A stretch of DNA of 64,000 nucleotides from Curvularia clavata (taxonomy: Eukaryota): NCBI GenBank assembly GCA_023920165.1, contig CP089276.1, positions 248,001-312,000 of the forward strand. The letters run 5' to 3'. Each line of letters starts with the position of its first letter. Position 1 is the stretch's first letter. The notes beneath the pieces were generated by a model, which saw nothing but the letters and a program-made list of their open reading frames with translations, was not told the DNA's origin and did no database searches. A program made the position numbers and the translations under genes. Positions 62,436-64,000 of the stretch are shown in pieces.

Positions 62436-64000
62436 TTTGAAAGCTGTGGTGTGATGGTCCTAGGAAAAGTCGCTAACTAGGCGCTGTGCTTGCACACATG
62501 TGTAGCTAGCATTTGGCAGACCAAGCTGGTAGAAGGGTGAAAAAATTAGTAACTAAGAGACGAGATAGGTGAAGAAGACGGTTGCTGGTGTTGGCTCGAT
62601 GGAGCCGTGTCGCTGGGTTTGCGTGGAGTGGTGTCAATCTGGGGTTCTGTCAATATTGCATTGCTATGCTAGATAGAGCAATGGGGGGAGTGGGGGGAGG
62701 ACGATGGTACGAGGAGAGCCGAAGCAGACGAATGGAAGGGAAGACGGGGGGCAAAGGGTAGGTGACGTACCCGACGTGACAGCAACTAGGGCGCTGTATG
62801 CAATGTGGATGCGCGCAGACAATGCAGAGCGTGGGGAGAGAGGATGGCGTGAATGGAGCTGCGGTGGACGTGTTTCTTGTGGAACGGGAAAGCTGGATTG
62901 GGTGGGCGGGTGGAAAGCTGGGACGGGGGGCGTTTCTGGTACACAAAAGATGGGACAAGCCGACTGAGCGTGGGCAGAGCAGAGTGTAGAAGCTCAGACA
63001 CAGTCTGTCTCTCGTCGAGGTAGGCAGGCGTTTGAGAGGGGCGGACGTGGAGGGAGGGGTGGTGGCTGCCAGTGCGTGAATGGAGAGGGTGTAGGACTAT
63101 CTTGTAATGGCGATCGTAGCGCGGTGCTGGGAAGAAGAAGCAAAGGAAGGATTGCAAGGATAGGGCCTTGTCTGGTGCAGGGGGCGGCGGCTCCTTCCAA
63201 CGGTTCGTTTGTGAGGCAAGTGCAGTCCAAGCAAGGGAAGGAGCGACTAGAAAAGCAAACGGGCTGCGGGCAGGCGCAGGCGGGCAGGTAGTGAATGGAA
63301 GGCGCAGGAGAGGCAGTCACGGGATGTCGAGAGCGACGGCGACGGCGAGGGGCAGGCGCGGAGGAGGGCGACTCGAGCAACTGTCGACGACACAGCGGCC
63401 GGGCTTGTTATTATCACATCACGATGGAGCATCCTTCGGTCAGCGTGTGGACAAAAGATTCATGAATTAGAACAGGGGTGGTCTGTCAGTGAGTGCAGGG
63501 GTATCGAGCCAGGGTCGCGCAAGCGTTGGCGGGCGACGGCCGTGTCTCCCCAGGCCCGACCACTGCGCGGCCTCGTGCTAGCACTGCACGGTCGCGCCGC
63601 CGCCAATTAGCACGAGGGAGCAGCCAGTAGGCCCTCCCCGGCATTTCTCCCTCGCCCTGTTCTAGTAATGCCATGGCAAGCCCACCGACGTTGAACAAGC
63701 ATCCATTCACCCAGCCGACCCCCCCGCCGTCGCCCAGGGTAGCCTCGCATGCAACCATACGCCCACTACCACGACCACTGCCGTCGCCCACCATCACCAC
63801 CACCACCACATGCTATCCCCCTTCCCCCCTCCCCTTCGCCCAAGCCACCGCCGCCGCCGCCGCCAACAGCGATAGATAGCACCCACAGTGACATGCCAGG
63901 CACCGCCGGCTATAGCCCTCGCCGCCCAATATCCACCGCTGCCGCCCACTAGCATGCTTGGTGGCCGTCGATTGCTCCAAATCTCCGCCATCAACCAACG

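Noticed and set aside
62450..64000. Short ORFs upstream of the RasGEF gene
   Set aside because: Low-complexity purine/pyrimidine tracts and triplet repeats typical of long 5' UTR/promoter DNA; no coding signature

Overview
Gene-dense, intron-containing eukaryotic DNA from a filamentous ascomycete. The short GT-AG introns with CTAAC/CTGAC branch points and the protein sequences suggest Dothideomycetes/Pleosporales (inference). About 25 protein-coding genes can be supported, mostly housekeeping: PTC2, LST8, BUD6, PBP1, GET1, PTC5, RQC1, ECM25, ARO2, POR1, MAP2, EFM6, a RasGEF and a NirA-like Zn2Cys6 factor. No tRNA, rRNA, transposon or CRISPR array was recognised. Most notable: (1) a single-ORF fusion of a PTH11-like 7TM receptor domain to a complete FucP-type MFS sugar permease, preceded by two uORFs (candidate hard-wired sugar sensor/transporter); (2) a fungal protein whose motif order matches the PemK/MazF endoribonuclease fold; (3) a cryptic alternative last exon that could add about 240 aa to Bud6; (4) an orphan HExxH zincin-like protein; (5) isoform and targeting signals (GC-AG intron in PTC2, PTS1 on mitochondrial PTC5). 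All family assignments come from motif recognition by eye, with no database searches.
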